Part shown: positions 44,526 through 56,412 of the stretch, one piece after another
Position numbering within the stretch: position 1 is the first letter of the stretch
How the letters are laid out: each line of letters opens with the position of its first letter
DNA from: Rebecca billardiae RCC1528
Taxonomy: Eukaryota; Protista; Haptophyta
Length of the DNA: 64,000 nucleotides
Reading direction: 5' to 3'
NCBI GenBank assembly: GCA_965240325.2
Contig: OZ251227.1
Location: forward strand, 1,798,001 to 1,862,000
The notes under the pieces: generated by a model
Database searches by the model: none
Seen by the model: only the letters and a program-made list of their open reading frames with translations
What the model was told of the DNA's origin: nothing
Made by a program: the position numbers and the translations under genes

Positions 44526-46115
44526 TCACGAGCTGACGTGCATCCACATCGAGCCTTGGCTGTCCGCAAAGTCCGGCTCGAAGCACGTGCGCGGACCGAA
44601 CCAGCGCCCCTGGAGCATGAGGTTCCAGTCTGCTCCGCGAGGCCGGGCGGGCGTGCGGCGGCGTGATCGGGCGCGGGGAAGGGTAGGGCGTCAGTCGGAG
44701 CGCGGCTGGCCGCCACCTTGGGCGCGCGGCGCGCGCTGCCGGCGCGCACGCTCCGATGCGCTCCGGCGCGCGCGCGCGCGCGCGCGGCCGCGCGCACATG
44801 CGAGCGGGAAGAGCACGGTCTGCATGAGGCAGAAGACGGCGGACTCGCGCGCCTGGTTGACGAAGGCGGGGAACGTCTCTCGCGCCGTGCCACCGTACGT
44901 GTACTCCGCGAGCACCATCTTGCTCGGGCTCACGAACACCGGGCACGCCGTGTACCCGTCGTAGCGCGCGGACGGCTCGCGGCCCTCAATCACGCACTTG
45001 AGATTGTGCGCGAGGACCGGCGCCTGCGCGGTGATCGCGGCGGCGGTCTTGGGCGTGGGCAGGTTGGCGCAGTCGCCGAGGGAGAAGACGTTCGGGTAGC
45101 GCTTGTGCTGCAGCGTGCCGCTGTCCACCTCCACGAGCGCGTGCGCGTGCGCGGCCGTGACCAGCTTGCTCTTGCCCAGGCACGGCGGCACGCGCATCTG
45201 CGGCGTCACGTGCAGCAGGTCGTACCGCTTCGACACGCGCTCGCCCGTGGGCAGGCGGAAGACGGCGACGCGGCGGTAGCCGTCGACCTCGACGAGCTCG
45301 TGGCCGAGGTGCACGCCCACCGCGCGCTCGGCGCACAGCGCCTTGAGCCGCGCGCCAAACCGCGGCGGCGCCGTGGAGAGCACGGCCGTCTCTCCCGAGA
45401 GGTACTCCACCTGGTACTGGGGCGGGCGCTCGCGGCCGGCCGTGCCGCTGCGCCAGCAGTGCTCGGCGAGGTACATGAGCGACTGGGTCTGCGCGGTGCT
45501 GCCGTAGGTGACGCCCTCGTGCGGCTGCGTGAACAGCGCCACGCCGCCCTCGTGCGCCTCCACCGCGCTCCACGCCTCTGCCGCGAGCTTGAAGCCGTGC
45601 GAGCTGATCACGCTGCCCCTGCCGAGCGCGTCCTTCAGGCCCTTCACCGCGCTCCAGTCGGGGACGAGGCCGGTGGCGACGACGAGGTAGTCGTAGCGCA
45701 CGCGCGTGCCGTCTGCGAGCAAGACGGTGTTCTTGTCCGGCTCGAAGCGGGCCGCGGCCTGCTTGATCCAGACCGCCGATCGCGGCATCACCGATGACAT
45801 GGGCCGGCGCGACTTCTCGACGGGCGCGAGCCCGCCGGCGGCCATGGTCCACATGGGCTGGTAGTAGTGCCACTCGGAGGGCTCGACGACGGCCACGTCG
45901 GCCGCGGAGCCGCCCAGCTTGCGCGCCATCATCGACGCCGCGGTCAGCCCGCCCGCGCCGCCGCCCACCACGACGACGCGGTGGTGCTCGACGCCATTCT
46001 TCGAGATCTTGTGCGGGATGGCGTCGTGCTCCTCGGGGGCGGAGGCGGTGTACGCGAGGTACGCCGCGCCCGCGCCACCCGCCGCCACGCCCACGCGGTA
46101 CAGCGTGCGCATCAT
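44526..46115 (-). CDS. SQOR: Sulfide:quinone oxidoreductase (SQOR)-like flavoprotein, atypical active site
   Basis: VVVGGGAGG, HYYQPMWT, YDYLVVATG, LLHVTP, TLQHKRYPNVFSLGDCANLPTPKTAAA and YDGYTACP. Intron 44630-44797. Confidence 0.88.
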
Positions 46116-46407
46116 CCTGCCGGGGAGATGTGGTTTTGGCCTCGCTCAAGTCGCCGGGCCGGCGTCGGCCATGCCCGGATGGAGAGGTCCAAGCTGCTTC
46201 CACTCGAACCGCCGAGCGGATGATCCTTTGAGCGCACCGTGGCCGCCGCGGGGGCGGTGCACTCTCCACTGCCACAGCAGCCAACCGTGAACCTTTGCTG
46301 GCCTTCTCAGAAACTTCGCCCTCGACGGCCCCCGGACCCGGAAAAAGTTGACGCGCTGTGACGTCAGCACAACTTTTTCCCGGTACCCGAGTCGTGTAGT
46401 ACTATGT

Positions 46408-46938
46408 ACTAGTACTACAGGCAATCGCGGGCAATAAGGAGCTGTCACGTTAAGAAACTGGGGCTTGCTATCTGCGGATCTGGCCTAGAAACTGAGGCTA
46501 GCGATTGGCTGGTTCGCTATACGCATAGTCACACTAAGAAACCGGGACTACGTCGTCCCGGCTGACGAGTGGTCCGCCGAGGGGCGAGGCCGAGGCGCAG
46601 TCGGCCAGTCGGGGACGCGGCGCGCGGCCCGACTACGAGTACAGGCCAAGTCCCGACTTCTCCTGATGACTGACTCCTGGCCAGTGCACCGCAGCATCCA
46701 TGCAACATCATGCCAGATTTGCTCCAAAAAGGCCCAAAATTTTCGTCGGCCTCGCCGGCCGGGCCTAAAGACTCAGCGGGGGGCTCTGCCCCCCTGCGCC
46801 CCCCGCGCCTGCGCGGCGGGCGGACCTAGCTAAGAAACTGAGACTCCGTAGGCGCTCGGGCTACCGAACGGCTAAGAAACCGAGGCTAGCCGTGAGATCT
46901 CTGACTTCTTATTGCCCGCGATTGCCTGTAGTACTAGT
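46408..46938. mobile_element. MITE with perfect 31-bp terminal inverted repeats and internal TAAGAAAC repeats
   Basis: ACTAGTACTACAGGCAATCGCGGGCAATAAG (46408-46438) has its exact reverse complement at 46908-46938. Five TA(A)GAAACYGRGRCT copies lie inside. No ORF. Confidence 0.85.
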
Positions 46939-47192
46939 GAACAAGTTTGGATCAGCCTAGCAGTGGCTAGGATAGCTCGCTCATTTTCAAGGGATGCCCG
47001 CGTTCACTGCCACTTGCCACTAGACTTGAGCACGGCACTCACGGCGACAAGGCTGCTCTTGCTACTGTTAGGCCGTCCTCCAATACCACAACGTCAGCAT
47101 CAGTCAGCAAGGCAGGCATACGCACTCGCGCAGGCCTGCGCGATCGGGTGATTCGGTCCGATCCGCGACACGGCGACAACAGCGGGCATTGG

Positions 47193-48717
47193 TCACACAC
47201 GCGCGCGCTTGGCCCAGCGCCCCTGGTCGGGGACCACCGCCTCCACCACTGCCTCCATCAGCTCGAACGCCTCCACCGGGTCGTCGCGCTTGAACGCCTT
47301 CCAGCGCTCCTGCTTCATGATCACGCGGATCTGCTCCTTGGCCAGCGTGCGCACGCTCTCCACGAGCCGCGCGCACCCGCCCGCCGCCTTGGCGTGCCGC
47401 AGCAGGTCGAGGCAGGTGTCCACGTCCAGGCCGGCGAGCAGCGCGTCCTCGCACCGCCGCAAGACATCACCCAACACGTCCGCCGGCGCGCTTGCCCCCC
47501 GCTCGCCAGAGTCCACGCCAGGCGGCGGCTGCAGCTTGCTCGCCAGCCGCAGCAGCTCGAGCACCACCGACGGCTCGGCCGGCAGCGGCGCCACGCCCGC
47601 CGAATGCAGCTGGCGCAGCAGCGCCTCGTGCGCCGCCGAGCTGAAGTCCGGGTCGGCGTCCACCTCGCGCTGGCTGCCCTCGGCCAGCCCACCGCCCAGC
47701 TGGCGCTCGTAGTACTGCAAGTGCTGCGCTAGCAGCAGCCGGCATGCGCCCAGCTCGGTGCCGTCCGCGAAGCGCAGCACCACGTCCACGTCGTGCTGCC
47801 GCGAGGGCACGCCCACCGAGTCGCCCAGGGCGCACAGCCGCGCGTGCGAGCGACTGGGCTCGGCTTCGAGCACACACAGCTGTGCATGTGCAGCGCCCGC
47901 CGAGAGCAGCGCCCGCTTGCGCACAACTCCCGTGCCATCCAGCAGGACGTTCAGCATGTCTAGCGCAACCGGCAGCAAGGCTCCGGTCATCACGTCGCCG
48001 CTGCTGTCACTGGGTCTCGTCCTCGGGTCACCAAAACCCGCATACTCGTCATCGTTGCCCTCGCAGCAGTGCACGACGTGCAGCAGCGCACAGACCAAAC
48101 CAGGAGTGCTGGCAACGTCTGCGCTGCTCGTCGAGCCATTGATGAGGACGCGCTTCAGCGTCCACGCAGCAGAGCGCTCAGATCCATCAGACTTGCGCAG
48201 CAATGGCACGAGCGAGTCGACAACACCCGCAGCAGCGACACGAGCAGCGGGATGGCGCCCGCCTCAGCGATCGGTGCCCACAGATCGCAACGATCCCCGA
48301 GCCGCTTCAGAATGCATGCCGAGTGGATGTGCGCCTCGTCATCAGCCGACCGCAGCAGCGAGACGAGCGGCGGGATGGGGCCGGCTGCTGCAATAGCGTC
48401 GAGCACGCGCTTGCGAGATGCAACGGCGGCCATTGCGCAGGCTGCGAGAGCCTGCACGTCCGTGCTGCGACCGAGCGCAAGGAGCTGCACCAGACCGGGA
48501 AACGCCTGCGACCCGATGATCGACTCCTCATCGATGTTGATACAAGGGAATAAGGCTCATCGAGGTTGGAAAAATCGCCCCAGCCGCGCTTGATGCACTT
48601 GATGCAGAACGGAGCGAGGGCTGCGGCAATGGCCTCGCGGCTCGGGCTCTGGGCGCTCAGCTCCTTGACGAGTGCGGTGAGTGCCTCGGAATCGAGCCCA
48701 ACGTCGTCATCGCACAT
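47193..48717 (-). pseudogene. ARM-repeat plus BTB/POZ protein, disrupted by two frameshifts
   Basis: ARM repeats (IAAAGPIPPLVSLLRS, IAEAGAIPLLVSLL, VAAAGVVDSLVPLLRK) and BTB (DVVLRFADG...CRLLLAQH..Y...L.GGLAE) are split over three frames at about 48543 and 48240, with no intron-sized gap. Confidence 0.65.
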
Positions 48718-49282
48718 GCCACGTGCGAGTTCGCCAGCCTAGATGATAATTGAAGCCTCCTTGACCGGCATCGCTCGAGGCAGCATGAGCTGCGCCGCGC
48801 TGCGCGCCCCAGCCGACTTTGCTTGGAGCCTGGTACAGGGCGACCCGATGCAGGTGCGCGCGAGGGCGATGGGGTCGCGTGGGAGAGTGAGCCTCTGGCT
48901 CGGCGGGCAAGCCGACGCAGCACGCGAGGTGCTGAAGCATGAGTGCGCGCGGCGCGCGGCGAGTGTGCCGACCATAAACGATCCGCACTTCACGGCATCA
49001 GTGCGGATAGCTGAAGGGCGGTGGGACGTTGTGGGCAGGTTCAAGAGTCGCGAGGCCCATTGGGGGGATCGGACTTTGGATTTCTGCCGTGCGGTGCAGG
49101 CGCGCGCTCCGTGGCAGCGGCGCGCCCCGGTCACGCTGCGCGCTCGCGGCATTCACCTGCGTGGCTGGCGCTCCTTGAGGTTGCGGCCCACGTGCTCGCT
49201 TGCGCACGCGCGCCGTTGAGGCCGGACGACGACGGGGCCACCACGGTGCCTCCCGGACCGCTCTCCTCGCGCCATTTTGCGC

Positions 49283-50647
49283 ATGGCGGCCGTCGCCGCC
49301 ATCGCCGCGCTCTTTGCTCTTCCGCTTCTGCTGTGCCGGCTCGCCGCGGCGAGCCGGCGACGTCCGCAGACGGTGGGCTTCTTCCACCCGTACTGCAACG
49401 ACGGCGGTGGGGGCGAGCGCGTGCTGTGGTGCGCCGTGGCCGCGCTGCAGCGGCGCGACGCGAACGTCCGCATCGTCGTGTTCACCGGCGATGCGCTCGG
49501 CGACAGCGGCATCCTGGAGAACGCGCGCGAGCGATTCGGCATCGAGCTGCCGCGCCCGATCGAGTTTGTTCGCCTGCGCCACCGCTGGCTGATCGACGCC
49601 TCGACGCACCCGCGCTGCACCATGCTCGGCCAGGCGCTGGGCGGCGCGTTGCTCGCGCTCGAGGCGCTCGCTCGCTGCTGCCCGGCCGTGTTTGTGGACA
49701 CCATGGGCGCCGCGTTCGGCTACCCCGTCGCGCGCGGGCTCTTCGGCTGCCACGTCGCATGCTACGTGCACTACCCGACCATCTCGACGGAGATGCTCGG
49801 GGCTGTCGCGCACCGGCGCGCGGCGCACAACAACAGCGAGCGCATCGCGCGCAGCGCGTGGCGCACCGCGCTCAAGCTGGGCTACTACAGCGCGCTCGCC
49901 GTGCTGTACGCCATCGCCGGGCGGTTCGCGCACGTGGTGCTGGTCAACTCGTCGTGGACCGCCGGGCACATCCGCGCGCTCTGGCGCCGGACCGTCGAGG
50001 TCGTCTACCCGCCGTGTGACACGGCCGCGCTGCGCTCGCTGCCGCTCGCGTCCGACCGACGCGAGCCGCTGATCGTCTCGATCGCGCAGTTCCGCCCGGA
50101 GAAGGACCACGCGCTGCAGCTGCGCGCGTTCGCGCGGATGCGCGCGCTGTGGCCGGCCGAGCACGCAGGCGCGACGCTCGTGGTGATGGGCGCGTGCAGG
50201 AACGCCGACGACGCGCGCCGCGCGCACGCGCTGCGCGAGCTCGCCGTCGAGCTCGGCGTGCAGGCCAGCGTGCGCGTGCTCACCGATGTGAGCTACGCAG
50301 AGCGGCTGGCGTGGATGGCGCGCGCGGCGTGCGGCGTGCACACGATGTGGATGGAGCACTTTGGGATCGGCGTGGTGGAGCTGATGGCCGCGGGCATCGT
50401 GCCCGTCGCGCACAGCTCAGGCGGGCCGCTGGCCGACATCGTCGTGCCCGTCGAAGGTGAGCCATCCGGCCTGCTGGCCGCCGACGCCGACGAGTACGCG
50501 CACGCGATGCACGACGTGCTCGCGTGCGCGGCACGGCGCGACGGCTCGTTTGGCGCGTGGCAGGAGCGCGCGCGCGCGGCGGCGGCGCGCTTTTCGGATG
50601 AGCGCTTCGCCGAGGCTTTCACTCGCGCCCTCGCACCTGTCCTGTGA
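49283..50647 (+). CDS. ALG11: GDP-Man:Man3GlcNAc2-PP-Dol alpha-1,2-mannosyltransferase
   Basis: VGFFHPYCNDGGGGERVLW, YVHYPTIS, NSSWT, AQFRPEKDH and EHFGIGVVELMAAG. Confidence 0.96.
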   Translation: MAAVAAIAALFALPLLLCRLAAASRRRPQTVGFFHPYCNDGGGGERVLWCAVAALQRRDANVRIVVFTGDALGDSGILENARERFGIELPRPIEFVRLRHRWLIDASTHPRCTMLGQALGGALLALEALARCCPAVFVDTMGAAFGYPVARGLFGCHVACYVHYPTISTEMLGAVAHRRAAHNNSERIARSAWRTALKLGYYSALAVLYAIAGRFAHVVLVNSSWTAGHIRALWRRTVEVVYPPCDTAALRSLPLASDRREPLIVSIAQFRPEKDHALQLRAFARMRALWPAEHAGATLVVMGACRNADDARRAHALRELAVELGVQASVRVLTDVSYAERLAWMARAACGVHTMWMEHFGIGVVELMAAGIVPVAHSSGGPLADIVVPVEGEPSGLLAADADEYAHAMHDVLACAARRDGSFGAWQERARAAAARFSDERFAEAFTRALAPVL

Positions 50648-51041
50648 ACGACGCGTCAATCACCAGCGCTGCTGCGCTGCTGTGAGCTGTCGTCGCCCTG
50701 TCCGGTCGGCTGATGACTGATGACATGGGCCGACGGTCCCGGCGGCGTCAGCGTCTGATTCTGATCGGCTGCTGCCGCTGCTGATGACGCGACGACCATA
50801 TGCTGCTGGCGCGATGACCCCGCCGCCATATATTCGCCGCCGCGATTCATCCGCCATATCATATATATCGACACCGAGTCCGTACAGTATTACCGAGCGC
50901 ATGCTGACGCCTTAATTAATAATATAAGTCTTAACTACCAACCAATAAGTGTATGTGCATCACGTTATAAATCATAGTAGTAGTCGTATAAACTGTAGCA
51001 GTGCTATCGCGCGCGTCGAATAATAATCGATATCGACGATA

Positions 51042-51433
51042 CGGCGGGGGGGCATCACATTATAACGGTCAAGCTTGAAACGGCGCCCAGGCGGTTGATG
51101 GGCGAAAAAAAAGATTCGCCCCCCGTTCTCGCCCGAGCTCTCAGCATGTCAGGCATCTGATCCGTCAACGACGTGAGCCGTACCACGGCATTGTGCGCCA
51201 GCTGGAGGTCGGGCATTTGGTCGGGTGCACCCGCGCGCTGTCCGGCGCGCTTGCCGGTGGCTCCGCGGATGTCATCACGCCGGTCCGCGTTCCCCTCCCC
51301 GCGCCCGTGTCCGACCACGCCGCGCCCGCCAACGCGCGCGCGCCCCGAGATGCGCCGCCTTGGGCGTCTGGAGCTTATTCGGGCGTTTCAGACTATATAT
51401 CGACACTTATATAATACGATATGCCCCCCCCTG
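51042..51433. mobile_element. Degenerate mariner-like MITE, TA-flanked
   Basis: Left end TA|CGGCGGGGGGGCAT..ATTATA..TGAAACG..CGCCCAGGCGG. Right end reverse-complemented TA|CAGGGGGGGGCAT..ATTATA..TGAAACG..CGCCCAAGGCGG. Confidence 0.5.
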
Positions 51434-51744
51434 TATATTGTCACGCACTCTTAGGTAGAACTTAGGAGTTAGGACTGATTGGATCACGGCCGAGTTGACA
51501 TGAGTGAGTCACTGAGTACATCAATCATCATCACCGCCGTCATCATCGTCTGATATTGATGATGATGATGAAGTTGATTGGCGGCGGCCGGTCAGCTGCA
51601 CTGAGGCCGCGATGACGGATGACGGATGAGCTCGCCATGAGGCCGCCGCCCGCCAGTGACGAGGCCGCCCGCCCGCAGAGGCGTGAGGCCCGTGGCCGTG
51701 GATGAGCAGTGCCCGACGAGGGCGGGCGCCGGGCGCGAGCACGG

Positions 51745-52881
51745 CTATAGGTCCCTCAGCGGGCGCAGGCTGAACGACGCCGCCTTCTCGAAGACGCTCG
51801 CCTGGATCGTGCCCCAGTCCTGCGTCTTGATCGGCCGGCTGCTCATCAGCCGGTCGATCACCGCCATGTCCTCTGCGAGCACCTCGCCCCACACCGTGTG
51901 GCCGTGGCCCCACTCCGGGTGCTCGGCGAGCGCGATGAACGCGTCGGAGCCGCCACCGCCGCCGGCCCACGCGAGCATCCCCCTGCGGATGAGTGGCCTC
52001 GCCTTCTGCCCCTGGTCCGCCGCCGGCCTGGCCGGCAGCGCGCCGCCATGCCCGGCGTCGACGGCTGCGGGCAGGAAGGAGCCTTGCAGCAGCGCGTACG
52101 GCGGGCCCCACCTGCCGCCGTTCCAAGAGTCCGGCCACTCCTTCGAGCCCCAGTGCGCCGGGACGGGCTCGGCGCGGTAGAAGTTGCACCCCGTGCACGA
52201 GGGCGCGGCGCGGAGCACGCCGCGCACGAACGCCGCCGCGTTGGGCGCCGCGTCCGCGAAGATGCGCACCCTCGCCTCCCCCGCCTCTGTCACAATCGCA
52301 AAGTCGGGCGGCGGCAGCTCGGCCCCGCCGCCTGAGCCGCGCGCAGGCTCGCGCGGCGTGCCCACGATGCCGGAGGACCATCGGCTCGACTTGCCCGCGA
52401 GGACCTCGAGCTCGCCCCATGGCTCGTCCAGAGCCTTGAGCCAGCACTGGAGGTGCGAGGCGCCGCACGCGCCGGCTGAGCCGCACCACACCCAGACGTT
52501 GCACCTGGGCGTGGCCGAGCACGCGCCGCAGCACTCGTCGGCAGTGGGCGTGCGGTGCTCAGCGCCCCAGCGCACGACATCTCCCCCGAGCTCCGTGTCC
52601 GCGTGCACCTCGCACGCCCCTTGTGCCGCCGACCTCGCCTGCGGCACGTCCGGCGCCGCGGCTGTCGGCGATGTGTCATCGACGCGCCTCGGCGCGGCAG
52701 TGCGCATCGCGGCGGCCGCCGGCGCTGCACGGCTCAGGCGAGGCCGAACGTCGGCAGTGGATGCAGAGGAGTAGCTGAGCACCAGGGCCATCAGCGTGAT
52801 GACCACTGAGGCGAATACCACGGCCACCAGCCCCACGAAAAGGGTGACAGTGGGCCGTCGATGCTTGCCAGTGGGCGCCAT
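51745..52881 (-). CDS. Type II membrane protein with PAN/Apple domain and cyclophilin-like C-terminal domain
   Basis: N-terminal TM. Apple-type ECCGAC...CNVWVWC...CWLK. C-terminal FYRAEP, GPPYALLQG and AFIALAEHPEWGHGHTVWGEV. Confidence 0.8.
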   Translation of the reverse strand: MAPTGKHRRPTVTLFVGLVAVVFASVVITLMALVLSYSSASTADVRPRLSRAAPAAAAMRTAAPRRVDDTSPTAAAPDVPQARSAAQGACEVHADTELGGDVVRWGAEHRTPTADECCGACSATPRCNVWVWCGSAGACGASHLQCWLKALDEPWGELEVLAGKSSRWSSGIVGTPREPARGSGGGAELPPPDFAIVTEAGEARVRIFADAAPNAAAFVRGVLRAAPSCTGCNFYRAEPVPAHWGSKEWPDSWNGGRWGPPYALLQGSFLPAAVDAGHGGALPARPAADQGQKARPLIRRGMLAWAGGGGGSDAFIALAEHPEWGHGHTVWGEVLAEDMAVIDRLMSSRPIKTQDWGTIQASVFEKAASFSLRPLRDL

Positions 52882-52982
52882 CGCGGAAGAGCGCGCCGAC
52901 GAGCGAGGAGGGAGTCGGAGTCCCGGGACCAGGACCGCAGTTCGCCGAGGGTGGTCGCCGGGCGGCGCAGCCGGGCGCGGCC

Positions 52983-55139
52983 ATGGGCCTCGACGAGCCG
53001 GGCAGGTACATGCAGGTCATGGATGACGCGCCCGCGGAGGAGCATCCGCGCGTGCAGGCGAGCAAGGTGGCCGATACTGGCCGCTCAGGTAGCTCGGCGG
53101 GCATGAGGGCCCGTCCCAGCGCCATCGGGCGCGGCGGCACGCTCATGCAGTCGCGCGGCGCCACGTTTGAGCTGCGCGGAGAGGGCGACGACAAGGACAT
53201 CGACGTCGATCTCGAGAGCGCGGGCGACCTGAGCGTGCACGCGGGAGTCTTCCTCGAGTTCTTCCTGCTGCACCTGCTCGAGCCCGTCTCCATCCCGTAC
53301 GTGTACCTGCGGTACGGCTGGTCGGGCGTCCGCAACTTGCGGCTTCTATGGAACCCGCCGCGCCTCGAGCGCCCGCTGTGCACGTGGGACAACGTGAGCT
53401 GGGGGCTGGTCAAGGTGATGTACGACCTGTCGTGGCTCATGCTCGCCATCGCCATCGCGATCTACGCCGCGCGCGGCGCGCAGCTCGAGGACGCGGGCGT
53501 GACGTTCGCAGAGCTCGCGCATGCGATCCTGATTTTCGCGGTGCACCGCGCGATGGTGGGGGTGAAGTACGCGACGATGACGAGGGGAGAACTGCGGCTC
53601 TTCCTCGCGGTGCCCTTCGAGCGTGCGATGCGGTACAGCGAGCGCATCCAGCTGCTCACCGGCGTGTGGGACCCGAAGCGTGACATGGTGTACGGCGAGA
53701 TTGCGCGCGCGTGGCGGCACGTGCTCTGCACCGGCACGCTGCCGTCCACGGGCAGCTGCGCGCACACGCACGTGCACTCGTTCGCGGTGGCGAAGGGCGA
53801 GGAGGCGCGGTGGCGCGCGTTCCTCGCCGTCCTCGAGGACACCTCGCCCTTCGCGCGCCCCGGCGCCGAGCCGCCGACGCTCGTCCGGCTGGACGACGTG
53901 CTGTGCGCGCTCACGCTGCGCGCCACCGCGCGCGCCGTCACGCGCCGCTTCCGCGCCAAGGCGATGTGGATCGCGCGGCTGATCGGCGTGCTGTTCGGCC
54001 TGCTGCCGTCGTGCGTGCGCGCGTGGGCGGGGGTGCCCCCGCTCGGCCCCGACCCGCTCGCCACCGCCGCCGTCCTCTGCCTCGGCCTCGTCACGATGGC
54101 GTGGTGGCGGACGAACGTCCTCTTCCTGCTCTGCTCCGAGTCGTGGTACCGGCGCACGGCGGTGCAACGTGAGATGCTCTCGGCGCTGATCACGGAGCAC
54201 GACGGGTTCGTGAGCGGCGACGCGGGCGAGCGCGCGAGCGACTGGCCCACGCTCAGGCTCTCGGATCCGTCCACCGTCCGCGTGTACGCCATGCTGTGGA
54301 AGCTGCAGGTGTGCGCGCGGCGCGCGGCGCGCGCGGGCGCGCGGGCGCAGGCGCGTCCCGGCCTCCGCCGCCGCGGGCTCAGCCGTGGCCTCAGCCGTGG
54401 CCTCCCCCACCCCCCGCGCGGCGCAGATGGCGTACGGCAGGGCGTACTCGCTGCGCATGCACGTGTATAACGGCTTCACCTGCCTCGTCGCGGGCGTCTT
54501 CTGCGCGTACCTCTTCTACATCCTCTACGTGCGTTGCGCGCCGCGCTTGGACGCGCTGGCGGCACAGCAGCGGCCGCGTGCGCGCGCGGCGCGGCGCGCG
54601 CCGTGCGCTCGCGTGCGCAGCGCTCACGCGGCGCGCACGCGCGCACGCCGCCCCGCCCCGCGGCGCAGGTGCACGAGGGCATGGGCGACGAGGTGGTCCT
54701 GCGCCACTCGCTCCCGGTCAACCTGATGATCCTGCTCACCTTTGTGCTCGCCACCATCTTCTACATGCAGCTCCGGGCGGGCTCGCGCGCCAACGACCAG
54801 CCGCAGACGCTGCAGGTGCACCTCTCGTCCGCGCTGACGACGGCGCACGTGGAGCTCGAGGTGCTCACGCACGCGCGGCTGCGCGCGGTGGACGACGCCG
54901 CGGCGTACCGCCGCCTCGACGTGCGCTGCGACCTCGTGCGCCAGGCGATCAGCGAGCTGCTGCAGGAGAAGACAGCCCTCACCCAGCTGCACGAGCTCAA
55001 CCCGATCCTGCTGCTCGGCCTGCGCGCGTCCATGAGCCTCGCGCTCACGGTCGGCTGGACCATCGTGATGGCGGGCATCTTCCTCGTGGACCGCATGTAC
55101 GGCATCAGGCTGCACCCGTACGTGACGTCGCTGCTGTAG
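52983..55139 (+). CDS. Multi-pass membrane protein of unknown function
   Basis: Strong GC3 bias and about 7-8 hydrophobic helices. Introns at about 54309-54427 and 54529-54668 restore the frame. Confidence 0.75.
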
Positions 55140-56412
55140 GCTGCTGCCCCGGAGATGCCCCATCACTCGCAGCACGAGCTATGTGATCAGACTGGCGGGC
55201 AGCTTGAGCTGCATGCCTGTGTTGAGTGTACATGTTCATGCTGAGCATCAGACGAGATCTAGCAGATCTATCCCCTTACCGCAGTCTGCTTCTAGTTCTA
55301 TAGTGAGACTATACGAAGCAGATTTGGGTGGGCGGCGGCGTGGGAGCGCTGGGCGCGCAGGTAGACGGCGCGAGCGGGCGCGCGCACGCTTGGGGGCATC
55401 TTTGGGACCATACCCATCGATGACCCGAGCCTCGCCGCCACCGCCCTTCCCCTTCTCCCGTGCCACGGCGTCCAGACGGAGTGCCAAACGAGTCGCGTTT
55501 GAACATGCCACAAAGCAGATTTGGAATGGTGCTCAAACCGCTGCGGAGGTGATCGTCAGGCTGCGGCGTGAGGCTGGGAGGGGTATCATAACGTAATGGA
55601 TGACGGTCGTCACCCGTGCGCCGGTCGGTAGGCTGCTACTCAGCGCCCGTAGGCTCGTACGCTGCACCTCGAGCTCAAGATCCCTCACCGTGGGCTCCGC
55701 GCGAGTGACACTGAGCACGAGGAGGGTGTACTTGCGAGGGGTACGCGCGTCGCGCCTGCGATCGACGCCAGGACAAGCGAAGAAGCGATACCACCACTCC
55801 CGCGAAGCGCCTGCCTGACTTGCACTCGGTGTACACACCGCGTGCGGCGTGCCGCAAGGAAGGAGCCCGACCCGTGCCTCAGCGTGTCCCGCGCGGCTGG
55901 CTGGTGGGCACTTTCAACGTGATCGGTCATGCGAACGCGCGCAGAGTAACGCGCGCAGTATGTACACTGTCTACAATCATCTTTGTCGGTCGCCCACGTG
56001 CTTGAAGCGGCTGCAAGGAGTGCAGCCGGGTGTCGCGGGCCAGTCGAGCGCCCAGCCAGCACGACGGCAGCTCGGCGCCGCCGCGCGTTGCCATCGTGGA
56101 GGCGGTGAAGCTGGAGGTACTAGGCTGGCGGCTGTCTGAGGGTAGCTAGACCATGCCTGGGCACTCTCAAGCCGTGTTCAACGCCCAGGCGCGCGTGGGT
56201 GGGCCGCAAAGCGCGCGCAGCGGCCGCCGTCAAATCTGCTTCCATACGAAGCAGATTGAACTGCGGTAAGGGGATGAATAATCTATGATGAGACACGTGC
56301 GAGCAACAAATTGAAAATAAAACCGGTGATGAGCAAACCCGCCCCGGCCGTCCGCTGCGAAAAGAAGGCCGCGCCGGGCTGGCCCGGCCGCCCGCCGCTC
56401 GAAATTCGAGCG

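Noticed and set aside
46450-46890. Spaced TAAGAAAC repeats considered as a CRISPR-like array
   Set aside because: Spacing is irregular and the repeats lie inside perfect TIRs, so subterminal transposon repeats explain them better.
55183-56300. Short ORFs in the lower-GC gap
   Set aside because: No recognisable domain, TIR or repeat structure was found.
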